A stretch of DNA of 64,000 nucleotides from the human T2T-CHM13v2.0 reference genome, Homo sapiens (GCF_009914755.1 NC_060928.1), one strand, 5' to 3'. Positions 16,357 through 37,742 are shown, counted from the first letter of the stretch. Notes: generated from the sequence alone by a model not told the origin. Translations and numbers: made by a program.

Positions 16357-17230
16357 GCTTAAACCCAGTCCCTATATGATTCCTGACAATCAATTTGATT
16401 TTCTTGTTATGAGCTATGTCTGTAATATTCATCAACATTGATGACCACTTTTACCTAACAATGTGAGTAAAACAGGTAGCTATTTTATAATAGTTACTGG
16501 GTTACTACGTTAAGATAATCTACCACTTGAGTAAAATTTAAATGCACATAGAAGATCATAGGAAGAAGAGCTTTCATTGGAGTGTCACTTCTTCTACTTG
16601 GAATCACATACTATACCTTTAATTGATTAAAAATATGCTGAAATGGCAGGTGGTGATTTTCAGCTACAAGTCCACAGTACACAGGAACATGTTTAAATCC
16701 TATGTTTATCAGATCTGTAAATATAGTTCCTTCTATGTTAAGTGGCTTTATTTCTAAGCACTCAGCCCTCAGTCCTGGGGGTGCTTCCCAGCCTGCTGCT
16801 GGAATTCCTGATCATGGCAGTCTGCTGAAACATGAGCTTAGTTACCAAATATAGCTGAGTGGAGTAAGAAGACAGATGAGAGTCTGAGGCCACAGTTGCC
16901 TCAAAGTGGCCATGGACCAGGCATTCTTTAATAAATAGACAAGACCAACCTCCATTCTCCCAGTAAAGAAGAAATACTCATCTGAAATTCACCACTTTTC
17001 TGGAGGCCTCAAACTGACCAAGTGTTGAAAACGTCTTTAAGGTGTATTTCGAAATGTTAACAAATAGTACAACATTTCAGGAACTTTAAAAAAAAACAGC
17101 TAAAATAATAACAATTTTTTTTCTGAAGTTATGATGCTATTTAGAAGATGCCTTGATTTTATTTTTATCTGGAGAGGAAAGGTGATAGGAATAGTATAGT
17201 CTTTCCAAAATACGCAATACATAAGATTAC

Positions 17231-17427
17231 CTGCAGGCTTTATATCCACCTATGCTCTCGGAGAACTACATTTCTACTATAATCACAAGCATGCTACATT
17301 GGTGCTTTCAATCACAAAAGGATTAAATATACTCACGGAGAACTTTTCTCAAGATTGTGCATGTTTCACAGAAAATGATAATGCAGTTATAGGAAACTTC
17401 ACCCATACTTAAGCTAAATACCGATGG
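17231..17427 (-). pseudogene. Dynein relic exon(s): AIGI*LKYG.. and ..HRWI*SLQ
   Basis: tttttag acceptor; gtgagt (17335-36) and CAG|gtaatc (17229-30) donors; fits I.M.S.EGE..VE.WL..LE at the end of DHC_N2. Confidence 0.5.
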
Positions 17428-17607
17428 CTAAAAACCAATACATTGCATATTTTAGTAACATTTGAAGTTGTGGATTATACTTTCAAATGATTTTTAAAAA
17501 TAATTCACTAGATATAATAAAGTAATTGATACATTAAATACAAGTTTTTAAAAATTATATTAATACATGAAATGTATATATTTCTTTTTCAAAAACTTAA
17601 AACTTGC

Positions 17608-17778
17608 CTAAGAAAACCACTATATAGTCTCTGGATGCTGGTTAAATTAAAACATTGCATTATAACATCACATTGCTTTAAGTTACATGTGAAATTTTCT
17701 TGCATCCAGTATATGAGGCTGATAGAGATTAATTTTAGGTTCATATAGTTTTTGACATTTGCTATAATTGCTGATTGC
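17608..17778 (-). pseudogene. Dynein relic exon (171 nt, open): QSAIIANVKNYMNLKLISI..VIMQCFNLTSIQRLY
   Basis: taatag acceptor, AG|gcaagt donor; fits SN.ELL.IL..HL.KCF..I..L. Confidence 0.6.
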
Positions 17779-17940
17779 CTATTAGTATGAAGACTACATA
17801 TAAATGAAGAACACATATAAATTATTTCTAAAAGGTTATTTTTAATGGTTTAAAACCATTAAAAATCAAGTAAATCACTTTTGTACAGAAATTAAATCCT
17901 TATTACATGATTAATATCCCTTTCCATAATCAAATCTTAC

Positions 17941-18067
17941 ATAGATATGATTAAGATCTTGAGAAATAGTCCAACGAATTAGAGGAAAGTCTCTACTCTT
18001 CAACTGAATTATGCAAAATGATAAAATCATGGATGACTCATTAAATTATTGCAATTATGGACAGGGG
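17941..18067 (-). pseudogene. Dynein relic exon (127 nt): ..SSNSLDYFSRS*SYL
   Basis: ctctcag acceptor, gtaaga donor; position and pattern fit N..LLD.I.K.L..YL. Confidence 0.5.
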
Positions 18068-18169
18068 CTGAGAGATTTATTGGGCTAACAAGCAAATGTA
18101 TTATTTACAGTCCTAGGAAACAAATTAGAAGACATACTTGCCTGGCACCAAAACCAACTCAAATCCAGT

Positions 18170-19565
18170 TTCACAGCAAAAAAGATGTCATTCTCCCAGA
18201 TTAAAAAAAAATCTTCACTTAATCTCATCAATGACTCCAACTATCACTCCATATCTCTGCTCCCTTTTATATGAAAACTAAAAACTTGTCTGTTCTTGCC
18301 TTCTTCACTGCTTCACCTCCCAGTCTTTCCTCAAACTACTCCATCAACATTTTTATCCTGATCACTCCCTTGTGAAACTGCTGTCTCACAGTAACCAACA
18401 ACCTCCACATTGCTACATCCCTTCTCATCCTACTCAACGTCGACCTAGTTGATTATTCCCTCTTCTTAAAACACAGTCTACTCTTGACTTAAAGAACACC
18501 ACCTTCTCCTTGTTTTTTTCCTACCTCACTGGCTACTTCTCAATCTTTTTTTCCAGCTCCTCAATTGATTTCTGACTTTAAAATGTTGGACTGAACAAAA
18601 TTTCATCTCTCTTCTATTTATACTCACTCATGGCGATTTCACCAACTCCTATGGTTTTATGTATTATTTCTGTGCTAACTACTCCCATCTATTTATCTCA
18701 AGCCCTGGTCACTGCCTGAGTTCAAGCTATTCCTGGAATGTCTCATATGCTGCTCAGACTAGTTTGTTGCAAAACAGAACTCTTGAATCCTCCACATCCT
18801 CATACCTCCTCTTCTCTATCTCTCTAAATAGCACTCGCCCTATCACAAGGCAAAAGTCTCCAGGTCACCCTCGTTTCCTCTCTTAACCTCCTAACTATTA
18901 TACAGTTCATCAACAAGTTCTTTCTTGAATTTTCCAGTTATCTGGAACTTCACTCAGAGTTAACCTAAATACTGATGGTCAAATACTGATCCCTTCTAAT
19001 TGTATCCAACCAATTCCAAGTTCCATGACTATCATAGTAACATGCTTCTCCTCCCATCTCCTTCTCTCTATGCTCGTGTCACTGGAAACATCTTTTATAA
19101 ATGCAAGTCAGATCATATTCATATCCTGGCCAAACTGTTCCAATGGCTTTCTTTAATATTTAGGTTTCACAGCCTACAAGATCCAACATTCCATCACCTT
19201 TCAAACCCCTCCACACTCATCTTGCACTGTGCTCTTTTGTGCCGCCTAGCTATGCTGGCCTTCTCTCTACAGCTTGACCACAGTTCATTCTTTTCTCAGG
19301 AGCACTGACCTACTGTCACTTCTGCCTGGAAATTTCTTTCTCCCAAACAATTGCATAGCTTGTTTCTTCTCCCACATTCTACATCACTCCCTATTTAGTC
19401 ACAGACTCTATTACTACATAAAACTATATCATATGTTATATGTTTCTTTATTATCTTCCTACTTCATTAGAAGGCAAACTCCTTAAAAGCAATGACTTTT
19501 TTCTTTTCCTTATTTATGTCCATATCTAGATCAGCACCTGATGCATAGCAGGTGTTCAATGAACT
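18170..19565 (+). mobile_element. L2 (RT to 3' end)
   Basis: ccaactatcactccatatctctgct; gaaactgctgtctcacagtaaccaaca; 3' end gcacctgatgcatagcaggtgttcaatgaa. Confidence 0.8.
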
Positions 19566-19665
19566 AGAAACTCAACTGTTGTCAATACTGTCTCTTCATG
19601 ATGTATTTTTCTTCTTTGTGCCAACTCAACTTCTCTGATCCACAGCAGAGAGCTTTACATCTTAC

Positions 19666-19833
19666 TGCTTTATTTGCTAAAGAAATATTCTCTCTCTTGG
19701 TATTTTCATGTCAAAAAAATTCCAGAAAAGGAACTCATTGAAAGAGAAATTTTACATTATTTTAATAAATAGAGCATGAAATGCTGCCAGGGTTCCCTAT
19801 GAAACCATGGTGCCAGCTTGCTCTTTAAAGTTC
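19666..19833 (-). pseudogene. Dynein relic exon (168 nt): GTLKSKLAPW..LAAFHAL..FQ*VPFLEFF
   Basis: gagcag acceptor, gtaaga donor; matches GPLKTRVDEW..LALFNQTL..Q..W.YLE.IF, with frameshifts. Confidence 0.65.
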
Positions 19834-19888
19834 CTGCTCAAAAACAAAAACACAAAACAGAACAGAGAAGTGCTGCTATTAGACCTAC

Positions 19889-20056
19889 CTCAAATGTAAT
19901 TATGATTGGACACAATTACCGTCAATGATTCCTACCCAAGAAGAGGTCTGAATAAAGAAGTTAGAAACAGATCCTCTTTTGAAACGGATACCAGGTTGCA
20001 TCCCATCTCCTCTATTATTCTTTCAAAAAGAAGGGGTCAAAGATTTGCTCATTCAT
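19889..20056 (-). pseudogene. Dynein relic exon (168 nt): ..RPLLG*ESLTVIVSNHNYI
   Basis: T13-cag acceptor, GAG|gtaggt donor; joins the next exon as NYI.GTLKSKLAPW. Confidence 0.55.
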
Positions 20057-20284
20057 CTGAAAAAAAAAAAAAAGACTTTATCTTCCAGCCAAAGACTTGG
20101 AAATGTGATAAAGGGTATAAAACAAGTAAAGAGTGAAAGCTAATTTGGTAATATATTAAGATTATTTATTATTCCAATGACAGAAATAAACCACTCTTAC
20201 ATTAAGCATATGGTAAAGGATAAGAGATGGTAAAAATTTCTAGAGTCTCTGGGTCTCTATTTTTCTAAAACTGCTATCATTGTG

Positions 20285-21262
20285 ATTTTTTTAATATACT
20301 TTAATTTCAGAGCAGTTTTAGGTTCATAGAAAAACTGGAAGAAGAAATAGAGATTTCTTGTATACCCCATCCTAAAATACGCATAGCCTCTGAGACTATC
20401 AAAATCCTTATATGAAAGTAGTACATTTGTTACAATTGATGAACCTACAGTGACAATCATAATCACCCAAGTTTCATAGCTTACATTTGTGTTCACCTGT
20501 GATAGTGTACGTTCTATGAGTTTTGGCAAATTTGTAATGACATGTTTCCACCATTATAGCATCATACATAGTAGTTTTACTGCTGCTAAAAAAAATCCTC
20601 CACCCATTCATCCCTCCCTCCTCTCAACTTCTGGTGACCAAAAATCCTTTGACAGTCTTCATAGTTTTGGCATTTCCCAAATCTCATATAAGTGGAATCA
20701 TACAATATCTAGTCTTTTGAAATTGACCTTTTTCACTTAGTAATAATGTGTATTTAAAGGCCTTTCATGTGTTTTAATGACTTGATGGCTCATTCCATTT
20801 TAGAGTTGAATAATATTCCATTGTCTGGATGTATCATGGTTTATTTATCCATTTACCTACCGAAGAACATCTTGGTTATTTTCCAAGTTTTGAAAATTAT
20901 GAATAAAGCCAATATAAATATCCATGTACATATTTTTGTGTAGGCATAAGTTTTCAACTCATTTGAGTAAATAACAAGGAGTACTATTTCTGGATTATAT
21001 AAGAGTATATTTAGTTTTGTAAGAAACTGCCAAACTGTTTTCCATCATTTCCACAAGGAAGTAATGAGCATTTCAGTCGTTCCACATCCTTGCTAGCATT
21101 TGATAGTGTTTTAGATTTTGGCCATTCTAATAGGCGTGTAGTGGTGTCTCATTGTTCTATTAACTTCCATTTTCCTGATGACATATGATATTGAGCATCT
21201 TTTCACATACTTGTTATCCATATATCTTTTTGGTGAAATGTCCATTCAGGTCTTTATTTATT
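20285..21262 (-). mobile_element. L1MC/L1MB-type 3' fragment
   Basis: agagcagttttaggttcatagaaaaact..; gaataatattccattgtctggatg. Confidence 0.85.
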
Positions 21263-21375
21263 CAGATTTTTTTTTTCATTTAAAACATTTTATTTATTTT
21301 TTTCATTTAAAACATTTTATAAAATCCAAACATATTTTGAAGAAAAATTCCCCAGACAAAATGAGAGAAATAAAC

Positions 21376-21633
21376 CTCTCTTCCATTAAGTATCATATAC
21401 TTCCTGAGACTTTCCATTCAGCTTCATTTTTAGCTATTTCACCTTTGTAAAGAAGTATTCTGATAACCTCATCTCTCAGTCTTACATCATATATGGTCTG
21501 AAGGTCATAACTTTGAAATTTAAAGACTGTAAGATTATATTCTTTTATGTCTCTTTATTGAAGTTCTCCATGACATTTTCAAGTAGAGTACTATATTAGA
21601 ATTTTGCATTTGCTGCTCCCAACCAAATTTTTA
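21376..21633 (-). pseudogene. Dynein relic exon(s), 3' half after L1: IWLGAANAKF*YSTLLENV..KNIILQSLNFKVMTFRPY / ..LLYKGEIAKNEAE..I*YLMEER
   Basis: Frame continues across the L1 target-site duplication; N..V..L.(F/Y)KV and EI..A.NEA patterns of DHC_N2; donors gtaaga (21484-85) and gtttat (21374-75). Confidence 0.6.
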
Positions 21634-22460
21634 CATTTACGTTTTCTTTGGTTGTATTTTTTTATTGTTTTAAGTTCAGGGGTACATATGCATGTTTGTT
21701 TTGTAGGTAAATTGCGCGTTGTGGGGGTATGGATTATTTCATCACCCAGGTAATAAGCATAGTACCCAAAAGGTAGTTTTTCAATTCTCACCCACCTCCC
21801 ACCCTCTACACTCAAGTAGGCCCTGGTGTCTCTTGTTCCCTTTTTTGTATCCATATGTACTCAATGTCTAACTCCCACTTAACAAGTGAGAACATGTGGT
21901 ATTTGGTTTTTGGTTCCTGTGTTAGTTCACTTAGGATAATGATCTCCAGCTCCATCCATGTCGCTGAAAATGACATAATCTCATTCTTTTTTGTGGTTGC
22001 ATAGTATGCCATGGTATATATGCACCATTTTATCTTCATCAGTCCACCACTGATGGACATTTAGGTTAATTCCACGTCTTTGCTACCATGAATAGTGCTG
22101 TGATAAATATATGTATGCATGTGTTTTAATGGTAGAGTGAATGATATTTCTTTGGGTATATACCCAATAGTGGGATTGCTGGGTCAAATGGTAATTCTAA
22201 GTTCTTTGAGAAATTGCCAAACTGCTTTCTGAAATAGTTGAACTAGTTTACATTTCCACCAGCAGTGTATAATTGTTCCCTTTTGTACACGACTTTGCCG
22301 CATCTGTTATTTTTTGACTTCTTAATAATAGCCATTCTGACTGATGCAAGATAGTATCTCATTGTAGTTTTAATTTTCATTTCTCCCATCATAAGTAATG
22401 TTAAGCATTCTTTCACATGTTTGTTGGCTGCGTGTATGTCTTCTTTTGAAAAGTGTCTGT

Positions 22461-28010
<5,550 letters not shown>

Positions 28011-28960
28011 AAGTGTCTGTGTCTATTGCCCACTTTTTAACAGGATGTTGTTTTTTTGCTTGTAAATTTGTTTAAGTTCTTTATAGATGCTGAATATTAG
28101 ACCTTTGTCAGATCCAACAGTTTGGAAATATTTTCTCCCATTCTGTTAGGTTGTCTGTTTACTCTGCTGATGGTTTCTTTTGCTGTGCAGAAGCTCTTTA
28201 GTTTGATTAGGTCCCATTTGTTGATTTTTATTTTTGTTGCAACTGCTTTTGGTATATTTGTCATGAAATCCTTACCTGATCCTATGTCCAAAATGGTATT
28301 TTCTTTGTTATCTTCCAGGGTTTTTATAGTTTTATGTTTTACACTTAAGTCTTTAATCCTTCTTGAGTTGATTTTTGTAGGTGGTATAATGTAGGGGTCC
28401 AGGCTCAATCTTTTGCATATGGCTACTCAGTTATCTTAGTACCATTTATTGAAGGTGGAGTACTTTCCCCATTGCTTGTTTTTGCCAACTTCATTGACCA
28501 TCAGATGGTTGTAGGTTTGTAGCAGTTTTTCTGGGCTCTCTATTCAGTTCCATTGTTCTATGTGTCTGTTTTTGTATCAGTACCACACTGATTAGTTACT
28601 GTAGTTTTGTAGTATAGTTTTGAAGTCAGTCAATATGACACTTTCAGCTTTGTTCTCTTTGCTTAAGATTGCCTTGGCTATTCGAGCTCTTTTTTGGTTC
28701 CATATTAATTTTACAATATTTTTTCTAATTCTGTTAAGAATGTCATTGGTTTGAGGAAATAGCATTGAATCTACAAATTGCTTTGGGCAGTATGGCCATT
28801 TTAACAATATTGATTTTTTCCTTCCATGAGCAATGACTGTTTTTCCATTTGTTTGTGTCGTCTCTGATTTCTTTTAGCAGTGTTTTGTAATGCTCTTTGC
28901 AGAGGTCTTTCACTTTCCTGGTAGCTGTATTCCTAGAAATTTTATTCTTATTGTGGTCAT

Positions 28961-29240
28961 TTTTTTTTTTTTTTGAGACGGAGTTTCACTCCTTTTGCCC
29001 AGGCTGGAGTGCAATGGCGCAACCTCTGTCTCCCAGGTTCAAGCGATTCTTCTGCCTCAACCTCCCAAGTAGCTGGGATTACAGGTGCCTGTCACCAAGC
29101 CCTGCTAATTTTTTGTATTTTTCATGGAGATGGGGTTTCACCATGTTGGCCAGGATGGTCTCAATCTCTTGACTTCATGATCCGCCCACCCCAGACTCCC
29201 AAAGTGCTGGGATTACAGGTGTGAGCCACCGCACCCAGCC
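28961..29240 (-). mobile_element. AluS with short internal deletion
   Basis: Alu arms; TSD tgtggtcat/tgcggtaat. Confidence 0.92.
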
Positions 29241-31198
29241 TGCGGTAATTATAAATGGGATTGCAATCTGGATTTGGCTCTAGCTTGGATGTTATTGGTA
29301 TATAGAAATGTTGCTGATTTTACTACATTGATTTTGTATCTTGAAACTTTGCTGAAGTTGTTTATCAGAACAAGGAGCTTTTGGGCAGAGACTGTGGGGT
29401 TTTCTGGGTATAGAATCATATTGTCTTCAAACAGAGATAGTTTGACTTCCTCTCTTCCTGTTTGGATGTCTTTTTTTTCTCTTGCCTGATTCCTCTGGCT
29501 AGGATTTCCAGTACTATGTCAAATAGGAGTCATGGGAGAGAGCATTTTTATCTTGTTCTGCTTTTCAAGGAGAATGCTTCTAGCTTTTGCCCATTCTGCA
29601 GGTTGGCTATGGGTTTGTCATAGATGAGTCTTATTATTTTGAAGTCTGTTCCTTCAATGCATAATCGAGGGTTTTAACATGAAAGAATATTGAATTTTAT
29701 TGAAGGCATTTTCTTCATCTATTGAGATAATTATTTGTTTTTTGGTTTTAATTTTGTGTATGTGGTAAATCACATTTATTGATTTGCACATTTTGAACCA
29801 ACCTTGCATCCCAGGGATGAAGCCTACTTGATCATGGGGCAATAGCTTTTCGATGTGCTGCTGAATTTGTTTTGCTAGTATTTTGTTAAGGATTTCTGCA
29901 TCATATTCACCAAGAATATTGGTCTGAAGTTTTCTTTTTTTGTTGTATCTTTGCTAGGTTTTGGTATCAGGATGATCCTGGCCTCATAAAATGAGTTAGG
30001 GAGGAGTCTTTCCTCAATTTTTTGAAACAGTTTCAGTAGAAATGGTACAAGTTATTTTTTATATATCTGATAGAATTTGACTGTGAATTCATCTGGTCCT
30101 GGGCTCTTTGTGGTTGGTAGGATTTTTATTAATGATTCAATTTTGGAACTCATTATTGGTCTATTCCTGTCCTGGACCAAGTTATTTCTTCCTAGTCCAT
30201 TCCTGGGAGGTTGTATGTTCCCAGGATTTTATCCTTTTCTTCTAGGTTTTCTACTTTGTGTGCATAGAGGTGTTTACAGTCACCTCTGTTGAGTGTCTTT
30301 TAATATTTCTGCAGGATTAGTGGTAATGCCCCTTTTGTCATCTTTTTCTTTATTGGTCTAGCTAGTGATTTATCAATGTTATTTATTCTCTCAAAGAATC
30401 AATTATTAGATTCATTGATCTTCTGTGTGGTTTTCTATATCTCGATTTCCTTCAGCTCAGCACTGATTGTGGTTATTTCTTGTCTTCTGCTAGCTTTGGG
30501 GTTGGTTTGCTCATTTCTCTAGTTCCTCTGGGTGTGATGTTAGGTTGTTAATTTGAGATCTTTTTAACTTTTTGATGTGAGCATTCAGTGCTATAAACTT
30601 CCCTCGTCACACTGCTTTAGCTGTGTCCCAGAGATTCTGGTATGTTGTATCTTTGTAATCTTTGGTTTCAAAGAATTTCTTGATTTCTGCCTTAATTTCA
30701 TTGTTTACCAAAAAGTCATTCAGGGGCAGGTTCTTTAAATTCTATGCTTTTATGTGATTTTCTTAGTATTGATGTATATTTTATTGCACTATGGTCTGAG
30801 AGTGTGGTTGGTATGACTTTTTTTTTCTTTTAAATTTACTGAGGACTATTTTATGGCCAATTGTGCAGCAAATTTTAGAGTATGTGCCATGTGCAGATGA
30901 GAAGAATGCATATTCTGTTGTTTTGGGGTGGAGGGTTCTGTAGATATCTGTTAGGCCCATTTGGTCAAATGTCAAGTTTTGATCCCGAATATCTTTGCTA
31001 GTTTTCTGCCTCAGTGATCTGTCTAATACTGTCAGTGGGGTATTGAACACTCCCATTATTCTTGTGTGGTTATCTAAGTCTCTTCATAGGTCTGTAAGAA
31101 TTTGCTTTATAAATCTAGGTGCTCCTGTCCCAGGTGCATCTATATTTAGGATAATTAGGTCTTCTTGTTGAATTAACCCCTTTACCATTATGTAATAT

Positions 31199-32227
<1,029 letters not shown>

Positions 32228-35146
32228 TAAAGGCTGTTTTGTCTAAAATTAGAATACCAATCCCTGCTATTTTTCTGTTTTCCATTTGCATGGTAGGTTT
32301 TTCCCCATCTCTTCACTTTGAACCTACTGGTGTCACTGCCTGTGAGATGGGTTTCTTATAGACAGCATACAGTTGGGTCTTGCTTCTTTATCCAACTTGC
32401 CACTCTGTGACTTTTAATTGGGGCATTTAGCCCATTTACATTCAAGGTTATTATTGACATGAGCAGATTTTAAACTGCACATGTCTGACTGAGATATTTC
32501 AGATAACTGTTCTGCAGTCTCTGAGATTCTTTCCTCAGCTTGGTCGATTCTGCTATTAATACTTGCAACTGTATTCTGAAATTCTTGAAGTGAGTTTGTC
32601 AGCTCTTTCAGTTCAGTTCGGTTCTTTCTTAAATGGCCCTTTTGTCTTTATCTCCTGTATTGTTTTCTTATATTCCTTAGAGTGCCAGGACTAGGTTTTG
32701 ACTTTCTCTTGAATGTTGATGACCTTCAATTCTATTGTGTTGTTAGCTGGTTGTTATGCAGACTTGATTGTGTAGTTGCTTTATAGTGTCAATGGTCTAT
32801 GTACTTAAGTGTGTTTTGCGGTGACCGTAACAGTCTTTCCTTTCCATATTTAAAGCATTCCCTAAAAGACCTCTTGGAAGGCAGGCCTCATGGTAACCAA
32901 CTTCCTTAGCATTTGCTTGTCTGAAAAGGATCTTATTTCTCCTTCACTTATGAAAGTTAGTGTGGCTGGATATGAAATTCTTCAGTGGAATGTATTTTCT
33001 TTAAGATTACTGAATATAGGCCCCCAATATCTTCTAGCTTGTAGAGTTTCTGCTGAAAGGTCTGCTGTTAGTTTAATGGGGTTCCCTTTGTAGCTGACCT
33101 TCCCCTTCTCTAGAACTTCCTTTAACAATTTCTTTCTTTCATTTTGAACTTAAAGAATCTGATGACAATGTGTCTTGGTGATGGTTATCTTGTATAGTAT
33201 CGTAAAGGTGTTCTCTGTATTTACTGGATTTGAATGTTGGCCACTCTAAAAACGTTGAGGAAATGTGCATGGATGATACCCTTAAATATGTTTTCCAAGT
33301 TGCTTGTTTTCACTCCCTGTCTTTCAGGGACAAGAATGAGCCATAGATTTGGTCTCTTCACATAATCCCATATTTCTTGGAGGCTTTGTTCATTCTTTAT
33401 TGCTTTTGCTTTATTTTTGTCTGACTGAGATATTTCATGTAACTGTTCTGCAATCTCTGAGGTTCTTTCCTCAGCTTGGTTGATTTTGCTGTTAATACTT
33501 GCAGTTGTATTCTGAAATTCTTGAAGTGAGATTTTCAGCTCTATCAATTCAGTTTGGTTCTTTCTTAATATGACCCTTTTGTCTTTATCTCCTATATTGT
33601 TTTCTTATATTCCTTAGAGTGCTAAGATTGGGTTTTGACTTTCTCTTGAATGCTGATGACCTTCATTCCTTATCCATGTTCTGAATTCTATTTCTGACAT
33701 TTCAGCCATCTCAGCGTAGTTAAGAACCATTGCTGGGAAACTAGTGTAGTTGTTTGAAGACAAGAAGATACTCTGGCCTTTTCGGTTGTCAGAGTTCTTG
33801 AGATGGTTCTTTCTCATCTGTGTGGACTGATGTTCCTAAAGTCTTTGACATTGCTATCCTTTAGATGGGATTTTTTCCTTTCATCTTCTTTGATGCCCTT
33901 GCTTTCATCTTCTTTGATGCCCTTGGGGGTTTGATTATGACATAATGTGGGTTCAGTCTACTGTTTTTAATTCTAGTCTGCTCCTGGGTCTTGCAGGAGC
34001 CCCTTCTGATTACTGTCTCCATGCCCACGTTTCTTTTGTTGTGTGTTCTGGTCCACAAGGCTCCCTCAGGTAGGGACTCCTGTTGGCAGACAGGCTGAAT
34101 CCTTGCCCGTCAGCCTTAATCTGCTGTCCAAATGCCTCCTGGGAGAACATGAGGTTGCACCTGCCCAGAGAGTTCAGGCAGAAGTGGTACCATTGGGCTG
34201 GAAGCTCTAGCAGATGTGGGCCATCTGGCTATGAGAAGCTGGGACAGGTAGAGCTGCCCACCCTGCCTTTGGGTCATTTCCAGAGTAACAGGAGGCTAGG
34301 CCCCTCACTTAATTCAGGCAGTGTAGGACTCTGGTCTAGAAGCTGTAGCTGGCATGGTTCCCCTGGTTATCAGTGACGGGGATAGGTGGGTTCACCAATT
34401 CTGACATCTGGGTGCTTCCTAGAACAAGGGGCTGTGCCCTAGGGCTGAGTTCACACAAGTGTGACCACTAGGCCAAAAGCTCTAGTAACCATAGCACTTC
34501 TGGCCATGAGTGAAAAGGGTAGGTGAGGTAGCCCATCCTGCCATCTGGGCATTTCCTGGGACAATGAGAGGCTGCAGCTGCCAGTTGAGTTCAAATCAAA
34601 GCAGAACCACTGGGCCAGAAGCTAGCACTAGTACCGACCCCCATTTGGCAAATAGGGTGGAGCAGTCTTACTACTCCCAGGCACTACAACTATGGCCTCC
34701 ATTGGAGCTACCATGCCAGATTCTGGTTTGCTATAGGGCCCAAGGCTTGTAGATGTCCCCTTTGTCTCAAGAGTTGCCCCTACTAAATTTCCAGGTGGTT
34801 CTATGCCTCAGCCTAGAAGCAGGGTAGGGGAAATGTGGATGGGAAGAGACAGACAGGGAGATCCTGTCATTTCCAGTATTGCACAGGTGCCTGTGAAGAG
34901 CATGAGTCATCCAGGGGTCTCTTACTCACTTATCCTTTCCCATGTCAGAGAGGTTCTTCTGGCTCTATGATGAGCCCAGACAGGCTGGTGCCTGGCTTCA
35001 CGACTCCCTGCTTTGTCCCCCTGCTACCTTGATGGATTCCAATGTGGTTTCTCTAATGCAGCCTTCAGGGTGAGTTTTCACTAGCTACTTTGTTTCCTTT
35101 CCATGAGAGTGGTGCTTCTAGTCTGCCATCTTAGCCCAATCCCCTT

Positions 35147-35234
35147 CGAGATTTTTATTTTGAAAAGGTAAATCATCGATTTAATTTCACTGGATGTTTC
35201 ATATAAAGATACTGTCTTCAAATACTAATTATAT
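35147..35234 (-). pseudogene. Dynein relic exon, 5' half before L1 insertion: YN*YLKTVSLYETSSEIKSMIYLFKIK
   Basis: Long pyrimidine tract ending in decayed caa; resembles YKSYQK..LEEVSAELKLKQLLW at the start of DHC_N2. Confidence 0.6.
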
Positions 35235-35490
35235 TTGCAAAGCAAAAGAAGAATAAAAACAATATGTATAATCATCATTTAAACTCTGAATTTCAGAATT
35301 TTTAAGTCTCAAAAAGGGGAACATTTTTAGTAATATATTAGGTCAAACCTAAGTTGACTAAAATTATCTAACTGAATTCTTAGCCTAAGCAAAAATCTCA
35401 TGAATCCATTTTATTTCTTTTTATATTTTATGTTGCCTTTTTGTAAGAAAACAATTTATAGAAATTCCAGAATTTTATTTAAGATGGTAT

Positions 35491-37330
<1,840 letters not shown>

Positions 37331-37404
37331 TTTAAATAAAAATTTTAGGATTAGCCCTAAGAAAATAGTCACAAGTAAGATTTTGGCACATGACTAATAT
37401 AAAC

Positions 37405-37622
37405 CAATTTTGGGTTAAATTCTAAGGAAAAGAGGCTTTTCCATTTCTAGACAAAGTGTTTTTCTAAGCCTATGTAATGTATCTGTTAAGTAATGCCATA
37501 TGATAAATGGTGTCTTGGTACATTCTGGATGATACAAAAGGTTATGTCTTTCACCCTGAGAAAGAAATGCTCTGTGTTCAAGGTCTAGGTCTAAAACAGA
37601 TTTTGTAGTATGTGACCTAGGG
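37405..37622 (-). pseudogene. Dynein relic exon (tail): ..LDLDLEHRAFLSQGERHNLL..IIWHYLTDTLHRLRK
   Basis: ctttactgcag acceptor in matching phase 2; open frame (part of ORF 37415..37726); heptad pattern like DNAH6 LILNNLQSVLADLQK; 3' boundary uncertain. Confidence 0.5.
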
Positions 37623-37726
37623 CTGCAGTAAAGATAGATAGCAATGAAAGCAAAATACCTAATGCGTAGGTGTCTACAAATGGATGGACTAACAGATTTA
37701 ACATAAGGAACACAACAGTAAATCAA

Positions 37727-37742
37727 TTTAATGCCCTTTATT
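37727..37742 (-). terminator. Likely DDX60L polyadenylation signals (AATAAA 37737-37742, ATTAAA 37727-37732)
   Basis: Hexamers on the minus strand followed by a GU-rich downstream element (ttactgttgtgttccttatgtt). Confidence 0.7.

Noticed and set aside
16847-17083. Additional dynein exon (KYTLKTF..LLTPLSYIW)
   Set aside because: Plausible position but similarity too weak to list as a feature without a search.
17608-17778. 171-nt phase 2-2 exon as an NLRP leucine-rich-repeat exon
   Set aside because: The LRR register does not fit; CF...I..L fits dynein DHC_N2 at the expected position.
19889-21510. Annexin-repeat (ANXA10-like) or TIR-domain reading of YDLQTIYDVRLRDEVIRILL..EEMGCNL
   Set aside because: Both could be forced by eye but needed multiple gaps and gave the wrong exon order. 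The dynein reading explains all segments collinearly.
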